Part shown: positions 1 to 11,812 of the stretch, piece by piece
How the letters are laid out: every line of letters begins with the position of its first letter
Position numbering within the stretch: position 1 is the stretch's first letter
Source of the DNA: Rhizaria sp. SCN 62-66
Lineage: Eukaryota
Direction: 5' to 3'
Assembly: GCA_001724265.1 (NCBI GenBank)
Contig: MEDY01000064.1
Coordinates: 1-64,000, forward strand
Length of the DNA: 64,000 nt
Made by a program: the position numbers and the translations under genes
Notes under the pieces: generated by a model
What the model saw: only the letters and a program-made list of their open reading frames with translations
Told to the model about the DNA's origin: nothing
The model's database searches: none

Positions 1-1
1 C

Positions 2-178
2 TACCGCCGCCGCACCTACCGCGCTCACGGCCGTATCAACAAGTACGAGTCCTCCCCCTCGCACATCGAGCTCTACCTCACTGCCAAGCCCCAGGCTGTT
101 GCCCGTGGCCAGCAGGAGGGCAAGGGCAAGAAGGTCGGCAAGAAGCTCACTTCTGGCGCTACCGTCTCCGCTCTCTAA
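2..178 (+). CDS. RPL17: 60S ribosomal protein L17 (uL22), 3' end, partial
   Basis: Frame 2 reads [27 protein letters not shown]...SAL then TAA (176-178). [18 protein letters not shown] is the eukaryotic uL22 signature. Not in the ORF track because its start lies outside the window. Confidence 0.95.
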   Translation, partial: YRRRTYRAHGRINKYESSPSHIELYLTAKPQAVARGQQEGKGKKVGKKLTSGATVSAL

Positions 179-1123
179 GTGCTTTATCGTAGTCGTAAAA
201 GTAGTGTAGTAAAATACATCTAATGCAGTTGCAAAATCATCCCTTTTCTCCCCTCTGAGCTGAGCTGACTGAGCCGACCGACCTGACCGAGCGCTGCTAT
301 GTTTAGTAACGCTCTCTCGCACTTACGCTCTCGCGATGCTGCTTGAAATACGATATCAATGCAATATATGACCGTCATGAAATGGTATTGTTGATGAATT
401 GAATGTGTATTTGGAATGGTTTCTTAATGTTATCAGAAAAAAAAGGATTGGATTGGTTGCTTAGAGAATGTACAGACAGCGCTGCGCTGCATAGCACGGG
501 GCGCGCAACGCGGCACACACAAACACAGCCCAGCGCTGCAGAGCAGAGCACGCACAGCAGCATAGCACGCCCAACAGCAGTGACAGCAGCCGCAGCAGCT
601 GTGAGCGACGATGTTGTGCGCGCGCAAGTGTGCACGTGCGCATCATGATGCGGTCGCGCGGTACGCGCAAGCGTCGTTTCGTTCCGTTTCGCTTTGTTTC
701 GCTTCGGCGGCGACACAGTGTACTGCGTGGTCACTCGTAACGCACCGCCGTGCCGACCGACTCGCCAGTGCAAGTGGGCGCAAGAGCTAGTGACGTGTAG
801 GAGGAGCGGAGTCATATCTTTACACTGCGGACGACACGACTGCAACACACAGTAGAACATGCAGGTTTGTTGAACTGCGACTGTCTTATTACGACTTACT
901 AGATAAAAAATAGCACTGCGCGACAGCACCGACATAGCTGTTGTCGCTGCTGCCGCACGTGTGACTTAAACTATCCAGATCAAATGTTATGATGAGTTAT
1001 GGTGATTATAATTTGTTTGAAGACTAAAGAGGTGCCCCGCAATAGCTCGCCAAGAGCGTTGCTGTTGCGCCGCATTGCGGGACACACGCTGCGTCGCGCT
1101 GCACGCGGTGCGGACTGCGGGCT

Positions 1124-2887
1124 TTACTTGCCGAGGAAGCCGCCCTCTGCGCGGCGCGGGTCGTAGGTGAAGCCCTCGAAGGCCTCCTCGGGTCCGCCCA
1201 TGCCGGCGGCGAGCGCCGAGGCCGGCACGACGGAATCAACCACGGGCTCGGACGTGAAAGTGGGATCGTAGTTGGACGCGTCGTCCTTGCCCTGCACGCG
1301 CGGCTTGTACGCCACGTCGATCTCCTTGCGCATGAGGCGCTCCCAGTCGAAGCCGGCGTAGAAGGGATGCGCTTTGAGGTCCTCAACGTCGTTGAAGGAG
1401 CCCAGGCGCTTCTCGGGCGTGCGGTTCAGCAGCGCGACGATGATGCCCTTGCAGTGCTCCGAGAGGTAGTGCGGGAAGAGCAGCACGCCGCGCTGGATCT
1501 TGACGTACATCTCGTTCGGGTTCGCGTCGTAGAAGGGCGGGATGCCCACGGTCAGTTCGTAGAGCAGGATGCCCAGTGCCCACCAGTCGATGGCCTTGTC
1601 GTGGCCCACGTTGGCCACGATCTCGGGCGCCAGGTATTCAGGCGTGCCGCAGAACGTGTGGGCCTTGGCGCCAACCTCCATGTCCTTGCTGAGCCCGAAG
1701 TCGGTCAGGCAGACGTGGCCGTCCTTGTCGAGCAGGATGTTCTCCGGCTTCAGATCGCGGTACACGTAGCCCAGCGCGTGGAGGTGGCCCAGCGCCAGCG
1801 CGATCTCGGCGATGTAGATCTTGGCCACCGACTCGTCGAACTTGCGCACGTTCTTGAGGTGGAAGAAGAGCTCACCGCCCGTGTAGTAGTCGAGCACAAA
1901 GTAGAGCTTGTCCTTGCTCTGGAACGCGTAGCGCAGCGTCATGAGGAATGGGTGCTGCAGCGCCTCGAGGATCTGGCGCTCAGCCTTGGTGTGCTCGACT
2001 TGGTCGCGCGCCGCGATCGCGCCCTTCTTGAGAATCTTCATGGCGTAAATCTCGCCCGTTGCGCGGTGCCGCGCCTGCATCACCTTGCCGAAGGAGCCGC
2101 GGCCGACGACCTTAAGCAGCTCGAAGTCCTCGATGCGCACCTTGGTGCCTGCGCCGCCACGGCTGCCCACGCCCACGCCCGGCATCACCGTGATGCGGTC
2201 CGCCGCCTCGCCCTCGGGCGCGCTGTGGCCAAGCTCGTTCAGGTCGTCCTCGTCGTCGCCAGACTCGGCGCCGCCGCCGGCGTTGTTGCCAGTCTTGCCA
2301 CCGCTGACGCCGTGGCCGCTGCTGTCGGCGCCGCCGCGCTGCGCCATCTGCGCGCGGTCCTCCTGGTCCGAGTCCTCGAGCCCATCGGCGCCGCCCTGCA
2401 GTGCGAGTCGGCGGCGCAGCTCGGCCTCGCGCGACTGCTGGCGCGCCATCACGCGCGTCAGCGCCATCGACTTGAGGTCGGGCGCGTCGAGCAGCTTCAG
2501 CGGCAGCTTCTTGCCGCCCGTGACGGCCGCGAAGGTGCGCGCGAGGAAGCCCGCAATAGCCTGCTTCTGCGCGGACTTGTAGCGGTAGTCGTACTCGTCC
2601 TGCACGTGCACCACGAACTCCTCCGACGCGGAAGACATTGACAGCGCGAGCAGCGACGAGATGGAGATGCGGCGCTTGAGATTGTAGTTGTTGGGCAGCA
2701 GGTTGTACATGCCCTTGTCGGTGATGAGCAGAATGCGCGTCTGCTCCTTGTCCTTGCGGTTGATCTTGGTGATAAGGTCGGAGAAGATGATCACCTCGCC
2801 GGGGCCCTCCTTCTGCAGCAGCTTCTGCACAGCCACCACCTCGGACAGGCCCAGGTGGTCAGCGCGCTCGCTCGGGTCTACGCTCAT
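1124..2887 (-). CDS. AGC-family (Akt/SGK/S6K-like) Ser/Thr kinase with N-terminal myosin-I TH1-like domain
   Basis: 587-aa ORF ending in TAA. Kinase motifs [23 protein letters not shown] and [12 protein letters not shown], plus C-terminal hydrophobic motif FEGFTY. The N-terminus ([31 protein letters not shown]...[14 protein letters not shown]) resembles Myosin_TH1. A pyrimidine tract plus CAG just upstream of the ATG suggests a 5'UTR intron. Confidence 0.92.
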   Translation of the reverse strand: MSVDPSERADHLGLSEVVAVQKLLQKEGPGEVIIFSDLITKINRKDKEQTRILLITDKGMYNLLPNNYNLKRRISISSLLALSMSSASEEFVVHVQDEYDYRYKSAQKQAIAGFLARTFAAVTGGKKLPLKLLDAPDLKSMALTRVMARQQSREAELRRRLALQGGADGLEDSDQEDRAQMAQRGGADSSGHGVSGGKTGNNAGGGAESGDDEDDLNELGHSAPEGEAADRITVMPGVGVGSRGGAGTKVRIEDFELLKVVGRGSFGKVMQARHRATGEIYAMKILKKGAIAARDQVEHTKAERQILEALQHPFLMTLRYAFQSKDKLYFVLDYYTGGELFFHLKNVRKFDESVAKIYIAEIALALGHLHALGYVYRDLKPENILLDKDGHVCLTDFGLSKDMEVGAKAHTFCGTPEYLAPEIVANVGHDKAIDWWALGILLYELTVGIPPFYDANPNEMYVKIQRGVLLFPHYLSEHCKGIIVALLNRTPEKRLGSFNDVEDLKAHPFYAGFDWERLMRKEIDVAYKPRVQGKDDASNYDPTFTSEPVVDSVVPASALAAGMGGPEEAFEGFTYDPRRAEGGFLGK

Positions 2888-3531
2888 GGCCCGGGGTCAC
2901 TGAGTCAGAACAAAAAAAGAACAAGAAAAGAGCAGGGGTATCGTGAGAAGGAAGAAACGGTTGTTAAACAGAGCAAACCAGGCGAGTATGCACAGTAAAG
3001 AGCAAGGAGGCAAGGTGGACGATGCATACGAAACGCCATGCATGTCATCGTTTTTGTCGGATACAAAGCCATGACAGGTGTTAGAGAGACATGGAGCGCG
3101 ACATCTGCTATAAAAGCGCATAATATACACAACTCATCGCGTTCATCGCACTAGACAAACGTATTTGAGACATAAAGGCTATTTCAAACGGAGCTTAAGA
3201 GACTGGTGGTGAGCTCTTGGGACTAACTTAGAGGCTCCTAAAGTACCGTGTCCGCGTCGACAATTGCCGTGAAATGCAAACGAAAGTAAACCCACTGCGT
3301 GATGTCCCAATACCCACTCATATAACACCCACCCAGCGTCGTTTTGACCACCTTTGGGCTCGGATACTGCCTGCTTTGAAGTCTCTCTCGTTCGTCCTTC
3401 TCACTCGTCACTGACCGTCACCGACTTTTTCAGAACCTCCGCACGCTCCTCCTCGCTTGAAGAGTGAAAAACGGACGTCATGACGGCTTCCGAGTTTTGA
3501 CTGAAGCGTCCTGATCTATTCGTTATTTACA

Positions 3532-6500
3532 ATGGTACGTATTTGAACAAGTATATCCTTTGTTTATTCACCGTTGATTTTAATTATACACTATGATTTG
3601 CCGTATTACATGCATGTATTCTCTCCGCCCTAACCACTCACAAACCACACTGCTTTTGTCCTGCCCGTGGTCCTCTGTCTCCACCATGTCACAGGGCTGT
3701 GGTTGCAGTAAGCCCGACGTGGAAGAACCCAAGGCGGTTCCGAAGCCCAAGGAGGACACGCGCGAGCGCGACCTGCTCTACGCACGCCTGTCGCCCGCCG
3801 TGGCGCGCAAGTACTACATCAAGCAGCTGGTCTCCGAGGCGGCACAGTACCCCAACCTGCTGCTCGACCTCGCGCGGCCGAACCTGCTCTTACAGGAGCT
3901 CACGGGGCTCGACGTGCTCGGTAATGACGAGCTCTGGCATTGGCTGCCCGCTGCGCTCGCGTTGCGTGTGTCCGACATCACACAATGCTCCACCGCCGGC
4001 CCCGTCCCGGCGGCCTTCCCACGCGCATGGCGCCGCGCCATCTCGGCCAACGCGCTGCCCTTCCCCGTCTGGTCCGCCAACGACCGCGCGGACCTGCTGC
4101 GCCCGCTTGTGACCAAGGCCGCGGACGAGGTTGTGCGCCGCGGCGGTACGGGCCCTGGCGCTCAGGCGCAGGCCTTCGAGCTGCCCCACTTCCTCGCACT
4201 GCTCGCACGCTTCGCGCAGTCTCCGCGCGCGCGGGCGCAGGCGCGCGCCGTCGCCGCCTACGACGCCTGGCTTGCCGAGCGTCTGGTGCAGTTGGGCGCG
4301 GCCAAGGTGTTCGACATCCCGCCCGCGACGGGCTACGGCAACCGGCCGCCCGTGGCCTCTGCCGCCGCCGCCGCCGCCGCCTCCGGCTCCTCCGGCAGCA
4401 ACGGCAGCGGCAACGGCAATGGCGGCAGCAACAAGATGGTGCCGCGGCCCGCGGGCGGTGCCGCCGTGGCCCCAGCGCCCCCCGCGACCACCGCCGCGGC
4501 CGGCGCCAGCAACACGAGCAACGGGGCCAACGGCGCCGCCCCAGCGTCCGAGACCGACTCGTCCGCTGCTGCGGCGACCGGCGCCGCCGCTGCGACGGGC
4601 GAGCTGGTGTCGAAGCTGCAGGCGGCGTGCGCGCGCGGCGACTGGGACGCGCTGTACCTGCTGCTGCCGTCGCACGCGTCGCGCCTGCTGTCCGCGCCCG
4701 TCTTCTCCCGCATTCTCTCCTCGCTGGGCGAGGTCGAGTCCGCCGACGTGGTCTCCGTGGCGCTGTCGGCGAGCGAGCCCGAGCGTGAGCGCGCGCTGGC
4801 GGCCACGGCCACGGTCGCGCACTGCGTCACGCTGCGCTCGCGCGTGCTGCTGACGACCTACACCACAGTGCTCGCGCTCATCACCGACGCCGCGGGCGCG
4901 CCTCTCGGCTTCGCCTTCCCCGCGCTCGTCGGCAAGCAGGAAGAGCCCGTGCCACGCGCCGTGGCCGCCGCCGCGTCCGCCACGGGGGGCGCCGCGCGCC
5001 GCTTTGGGCTGGTGCCGCGTCTGGGCGAGGTGGCTTCGCACCACCGCCGGCTGACGTACTCCGTACCGGCCGGCGAGTCTGTCGTCGTGGGCTGTCTGCT
5101 GCCCGCGCCCAGCGCCGCGCAGTCGCTCGACTCGGTCAGCCTCGTCTGCTCGGACACGCGCTTCCGCTCGCTGACGCTGCCCGATCTTGCGCCGCACGCG
5201 GCCGGCGGCAGCGGCGCGTGCCTGCTCTTCGCGCGCGGGCCCTGCTCCGTCGCGCTCACGCTGCAGTACACGCACGTGCCGCACCAGCTCGTCTACGCCT
5301 CGGCCGACGCGCTCGCCGCCGCGGGCGCGCTGGCAGACCCCGGGGCCGCCGCGCTCACCGCCGCGCCCCCGCGCTTCGCGCACACGTTTGCGCACGCGCG
5401 GCCGCTGCCAGGCCAGCAGTCCGCCGCCTTCGCGGGCTGGCTGCGCGGGGCCGGCCAGCAGAGCCTGTCGCCCTCGGCGCCCGCCGAGACCGTGGTAGCG
5501 ACCGCGCGCGCAGTGTTTCTGCACATGTGCGGCACGCTCTACGCGCACCCGCTGGCGCCCGCCGCGGATCACGTGGGCACGCTCGTGTGCGGGGAGCACC
5601 TCCCCACGCCGCGCGGCGACGACGACGAAGACCACAAGGCTCTCGTCATCGCGCCCGCCGCCGCCGCCGCAGCGGTTGCTGAGAACAACAACAATAACAA
5701 CAACAACTCGTCTTCTCTCTCCCCTGTCGCTGCCTCTGAAAGCAACAGCGCCGCTCCGGCTGCTGCTGCTGCTCCTGCTGCTGCCCCTGCTGCCGCGTCA
5801 TCTAGTGCTGCTTCTGCGTTCAGCACCGGCTCCGCTGCTGCGGGCGAGCGCGAGGTTTGGGCGCAGCGCGTGGGCGGGCGCGTGCCGGTGCGGCCTGAGG
5901 CGCTGCCGACCATCTACGCGGCGGCTCTGCGCGCGCTCAACGTGCCCGCGCGCCTGGCCACGGGCTGGGGCTACACGCTCGTGCAGTTCTTCGTGCCCGG
6001 CGTGGGCTGGCCTTCGGTCGACGCCGCGCTGCTGCAGCCCGCGCTGTGGGGCTCGACGCACCCCGCTGACCCGCTGGGCGCGCTGGGGCCCGCGCCGCTG
6101 CTCGACCTGGCGCTGCTCGTGGCAGACTCGGACGAGGGCGCGCTGCAGCTGGCGCAGGCGCGCGAGGCCAACGAGCTCTTCCTCACCATGGTCCACGCGC
6201 TGGGCTCCGTCGACGAGGTCTTCGCAGACCTGCTAGCGCCCGAGCTGCAGGCCGCGCTGGGCTCCGTCGCCGCGTCGCCGCTCGCGAGCGCCACGCCGCG
6301 CGCCGCGGGCCGCTTCCTGACCGAGGAGGCGGCCGTGCGTGTGCACCCCAGCGGCGATCGCGCCGTGGTGCGCGTGCCCTGTGCCGCGGGCGGCAACGTC
6401 TACGTGTGGACTCTGCGCTGGGCCAACTCGCTCATCACAGAGCTCAAACTCCAGGTCCTGCAGGCCGCTCACATCGCCGCGACTGACAAGCGGTACCTCG

Positions 6501-7192
6501 AGTCGCAGCAGCAGCAGCAGGCACAGACGCAGCAGCAGAAGGGCGGCGCCAAGTCCGCGGCCGCGCAGGGCCAGCCCGGCGGCGCCCCCGCGGCCGCCGC
6601 GTCCTCGGGGCTTTACTCGCAGCACGGGCTCATGATCTCCCCGCGCGCCAGCGGCAGCATGGGCCCCGGCGCCGCAGCCGAGGCAGACGCGGGCGCGGCC
6701 TCCGCCGGCGCGGGCGGCGCGAGCGGCAGCGAGTTCGAGCTTAAGTTCCACGGCACGCCCGGGCGCGCGTTCCCGGTGCCGCAGTGGGACCTGGAGCTGG
6801 CGGCGCTGCGGCTGTGGCGCGAGCGCGTGCTCGAGCAGTCGCTGCCGTACAACTGGATCACCGCGGCCGCGCGCGACGCGGGCGCCGTGAGCGACGCGAC
6901 GGCTGAGGCCACGGCGCGCCCGCCCGCGCCCGTCTTCCCCAAGGTTTTCCACCGCTCCGGAGGCCTCATCTGCTGGCGCCTCTCCGGCGGCGCTGCCGAG
7001 GCCGAGGCCGGGTCCGGGGCTGCCGGTGGCGCGGGCGCTGACGCGTCGGTGCAGCAGCAGGCGCAGCAGGCGCAGCAGGGCCGCGGGCAGTGGACGGAGG
7101 AGGACCTGGAGGAGGCGCCGGGCCGCGTCGAGCCTATGCCGCGCCGCTACCTCAGTGACCACGTTCCCGCCGCGCCCGTCATTAACGGCTGA
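3532..7192 (+). CDS. N-myristoylated/palmitoylated protein with a degenerate transglutaminase-like domain (~1,166 aa)
   Basis: ATG 3532-3534, intron 3535-3694 (GTACGT...CCCTAAC...ACAG), exon 2 3695-7192 ending in TGA. Splicing gives MGCGCSKPDVEE. Region ~5881-6028 (IYAAALRALNVPARLATG...VQFFVPGVGWPSVD) resembles the transglutaminase-like core. Confidence 0.75.
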
Positions 7193-7734
7193 GCTGCAGG
7201 CGCAGCTCAATGGACTGAGCGACTGAGCAACATACTAGGGCCGCGTTACGTTACATAGAACACAACTTGCGGGCCGCGAGTGGTGATTATCACTGAAAAC
7301 TTATCTCATTATTCAGATTGCGAGTAATACAAATAACAATGAGTTAATTTCGGAATAAATCCGTGTCATTTTGTATTTGTATTGTTTCTTTTTAAGCTTG
7401 GTTATTCAGCGTTTCACTGATATTTTCAGATCTACGACTCGTTTGTTTGCTGTGACATCATTGACGATGGACGTCACACAGAACGCTGTTGTGACGGCGC
7501 CCGCTCCACGCAGGCGCACTCACAGCAGCGCATTGCTCATACGCGCATTCGTTGCGCACTCTATCACTACGTTACTATTTCCAACTGGACAGGAGCCGTA
7601 TTCAAGCAGACTCATCGCCGTCGTCGTGGTCAGCGAGATTGCAATTATCGTTACTCTCGCTCTCGATCTCGCACTCCTGGTTGGCCTTGGTTTTAGCCTT
7701 GCCGCGCGGGGCACGCGCCGCCCGACCGAGTGTC

Positions 7735-10700
7735 TCAGTTGGCGCGTGCGCTCCTGGCACCGCGGCCGCGTTTGGTCTCGCCGGCATCGGCGTCGGCCGC
7801 CTTGAGCGCCTCAGCCATCTGCTCGACCTCCGCGGCCGCGGCCTCCTGGCGGGACTCCACGGCGGCGTCAAGCCAGCCGCCCAGCGCCTTGCCGGGGCCC
7901 TCGGCACGGGCGGCCGCGGCGACGTCGGCGGCCAGCTCGTCCGCCGCGGCCGCGGCCACGGGCGCCGCCTTGAGCGCGCGCACCAGCAGCCCGCGGCTCA
8001 TGGCTGTGCGCGCGGCGGCGTCGACGCCCGCGGCGCGGCACGCGGCGGCCACGGCGGGCGTCGCGGCGGCCGCGGCCGCGGGGCCGCGCGCGCAAGGGCG
8101 GCCGCGACGCTGGGCGCGGTGGGCTGGAGGGCCTGCGCGGCGAGCGCGACCTCGGCAGCCAGCACGGCCAGCGGCGTCACGGCCGCGGCGGGCGTGCCCG
8201 CGAGGGCCAGGTTGTAGTGCGACTTGGCGAAGACGACGGCGCCGGCGGGGCGCGCGGGCAGCGTGTTGCGCACGGCGGGCGCCGCAGTGCGGTCCGCGAC
8301 CAGGTGCAGCAGCAGCTGCAGCGCCTGCGTCAGCCGCGCGGGCGCCTCGGCCGCGGCGCCGGCGTCGGCGTCCGAGACGGAGGCCGCGACGAGGGGCAGT
8401 ACGCTGTGCGCGAGCATTGCGGCGTGGTCCGACGCGCCCACGCCGCGCGGGTTGCTCCACAGCGCGGCCGCGGCGTCGGTGTCGGCGGCCGCAATGGAGT
8501 CGCTCGTGACGGCGCCCGCGGGCAGCGCCTGCGGGGACGCGTAGGCCGCGAAGAAGACCGTCAGCGCCTGCTTGCGCTTCGAGTCCCAGCTGTTGGCGCT
8601 GATGTTTGCAGTGTTATCCGAGCTGCTGCTGCTACTGTTGTGCATGAGCGCGAGGAGACGGCCGAGCAGACGCGCGGTGTCCGCGGCGGGCACGCGGTCG
8701 TAGAGTAGCGTCTTGCACAGCGCCTCGGTGGCCGCGAAAGACAGCTCCGCGGCCGCGGCCGGTGCGGCGACGGCGGCCAGCAGGAAGTCCGGCGCGAGCC
8801 TCAGGTCGCGCGGGGCGGCGGCGGCCGCGGCGGCCACGGCGGCCAGCGGGGGCGCGAAGGCCCACTCCTCGAGCAGGACAAGCGCGGCGCTGAACTCGGC
8901 CTCGCTGAGCCGGCCCTGTTGCTGCGGCTGGCCCTCGGTGTTGGCTTCGACCCCGTCCGCGGCGTCCAGGGGCGCGAGGCCGGTGAAGGCGAGCAGCACG
9001 TCGCCGACGGCGCGCACCGCGGCCGCGGCAACGGGCGCAACGGGCGAGCGCGCGGCGGCGACGAGCTCCGCGAGGTGCGTTTTGACTCGCGCGGCGTCGT
9101 TGTCGACGAGCACGTGCAGCCCCAGCGCCTGGACCGCGGCCGCCTCGACGGCCACGGAGCGGAAGCCCAGCGCGCCCGCCAGCACGGGCCGCACGGCCTG
9201 CGCCAGCAGCGTGCCCAGCGCGGGCTGCGTCGCCGCCGCGGCGCCGCGCGCGTGCGCGAAGACGTCCCGCGCGACGTCGAGCAGCCGCAGCCAGCACGCC
9301 TCCTCGAAGCCGCTCTGCTCGCGCAGCTCCGCCTGCGCCGCCGCGGCGGCCGCGGCGTCGCCCGCCTTGGCCGCGGCGGCGGCGCGCGCGGCCGTCTCGC
9401 CGCGGACCGCGCGCTCAGCTTCGAGCGCGGGGTGGCCCCCGGGCGCGAGCGTCGCCAACACCGACTCGACGACCTGCCCCAGGCACTCGACGATGGCCGA
9501 GGAGGAGGTCATGCGCTCCGCGAAGCGCGCGTGCGCCAGCGCGTGCGCCTGCGCGATGCGACCTGCGCGGCCCGAGCCCGCAGCGGCGCCCGCAGCCGCG
9601 GCAGCCTCGCGGCGGCGCGCGAGCGCGGCTTCCCAGGCGCGGTAGCCCGCATCGGCGGCGTCGACGGGCAGCACGCAGCGCAGCGCCGCGATGACGAGCG
9701 CGACCGTGTCCGCGGGCAGCGTGAGGTCTTCGAGCAAGTCCAGTAGGAAGTCGCGTGCGCGCGCCACGCCCGCGGCCTCCTGCGCGTCGGCGTGCGCCAT
9801 CCCGCGCAGCAGCTGGTGCAGCACGTAGCTGTCCGCGGCGGCGGCCGCCGCGGCGGCGGGGCCCGCGGCGGGGTCAGCGGCGCGGAGCCGCAGGTAGACC
9901 TCCGTGAGCGTGTCGCAGAAGGCGCGCGTGGAGGGCAAGAGGTCATCGGCCCAGGCGGCGTCGCGGTGGCGCGCGCACTCGGTCGCGCTGCGGTGGCCCA
10001 CGGCGCCGCGGCCGTGCGCCAGATCCAGCAGCACACGCCACAGCAGGGCGCGGCCGGGGGTCAGCGTGGCGGCCGCGCAGGGCAGCCCCAGCGCGGCGCG
10101 CTTGAGCAGGCGCGCGCAGGCAAGGTGCGCGACCACGGCCTCGGCGTCGGCGGCCGCGGCGACGGGGCCCAGCGCGTCAGCCAGCGCCGCCGCGTCGTCG
10201 TTGAGCTGCGACAGCCAGTCGGACAGCAGGTGCGTGGTCGCGGCCACCACGGACGCGTCGCGGTCTGACACGCCCGCACGTAGCACGGCCGCGAGCGCGG
10301 GCGCGCCAAGCGCGGGCAGCAGCAGCGGGAGCTGCGCACGCAGCGTGGCGAAGCAGAGCTTGCGTACAGCGGGAGCGACATCGCGCGCGTGGCGCACCAG
10401 CAGCGGCAGCGCGGCGGGGTCGCGGCCGACGACGGCGACCACGGCGCAGCGCACGTCGGCCGCGGCGTCGGCCTCGAGCAGCGCGACGAGGCGCGCCGCG
10501 ACGGGCTCGCTGTCCTTGAGGCGGCGCAGCGCCTTGACGGCGGCTGCGCGGACCTCGGCGGCCGCGTCGTCGGTGCGCACCAGCAGCGCGGCCTCGATGC
10601 CGTCGTAAACGTCGTCGTCAATCTCGGCGTCCTCGGGCAGCGCGTGCAGCGCGCGCCCGATGAGCTGGCACGCGTGCGCGCGCGTGGCCTTGTCCGAGGC

Positions 10701-11084
10701 GGCCGTCTTGGCGAGCAAGTGCTTGAAGCACCAGGAGCGAGCCTCGTTGGTCTTAGTCTCGTCGGGCGACGCGCGCGCGACGAAGGTTGACACCGCGGTT
10801 GCAATCGAGTCAAATGAGTCGCTCTTCTTGCCGTCAGCGGCCAGCACAAGCGCGAGCGCGTTCTAGAGCGCGGTCAGGAGCTCCTCGGGCGCCTCGGCGT
10901 AGAGGCGGCACAACACAGGCACGGCCTGTGTGTAGCCGAGGGGGTCGCGCTGGCACGCGGAGAGCGCGGAGACAACCTCAACCACCACGGAAGACGGGGT
11001 GAACTCCTCTGCGGCATCGGGAGCTGGCTCAGCTGCAGCAGCCGGCGGCTTCGCGGCAGCTCGGGCACGAGAAACGCGACTCAT
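7735..11084 (-). CDS. NCAPG: Condensin I subunit CAP-G (NCAPG/Ycg1), HEAT-repeat protein
   Basis: Track ORFs 10863..11084 and 7998..10847 share a frame and are separated only by TAG 10863-10865. CAP-G-like segments: ASDKATRAHACQLI, EIDDDVYDGIEAALLVRTDD..AEVRAAAVKALRRL, RDVAPAVRK, ATEALCKTLL, KQALTVFFAAYA. The C-terminus appears to continue in another frame after ~8090, ending in TGA 7735-7737. Confidence 0.8.
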
Positions 11085-11812
11085 GCCTGCTTAGGAATAG
11101 TCAGTTGGTTTGGGCAGTTGAAGGAACGGAAAACAAGGAAGCCAACGTCAGAACGGAAAAATACAATCAATTATTGCTTAAACATCTCTCTCAAATTTAC
11201 GATTCAAAAATCAAATGACGATTATACTCACTCAGCACAGAACCAACTTCGGCACAAAGATCGAGCCTACCCTCAACGGCTAGTAGTTGTTTCATGGTCA
11301 GTCAGTCACGGACCGAAAAACTGGTTGCAGTCTGGCGGACAGTCCCAAACAAAAACCCGATTATGCGAGCGCACCGGGCCAGCATTTCAACACGGGGAGC
11401 GCGGCAATGTCGCCAGGGCGGTCTTATGCTACGATGGGACGGTTCTACGAGGAGGATTGCACGCTATACAGTCTATTGGGGCTTTATGCGGGGCTTGTGT
11501 GGTGATTAAACTGCCCTTAACACAGAAGTCGGAAGGAGTCATGTCCATCACGTGGGCCCGCCATGATGAGCCTCTTTTGTGGGTGCAGAACCAAACAATA
11601 TTGCTGTGCGGAATTGCGTTTTTATTTCACATGCCGTAGCTTGCCTAAAATCGGATGTATTTTTTCACAGCGTCTCTGTTATGACGTCAATATCCCTCTG
11701 CTGACCCCCCTCCCACACTTTCGTCATCCCCCGGTTTCTGTCTTACCTTGCTCTCCGCGCGTCTTTTGCGCCTGCTTTTGCACTTGTTCTGAAAACAACA
11801 GGCACCACCTCG

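Noticed and set aside
11118-11639. 173-aa ORF between CAP-G and the desaturase
   Set aside because: Non-ATG start, no host codon bias and no motif. It lies in a divergent promoter region.
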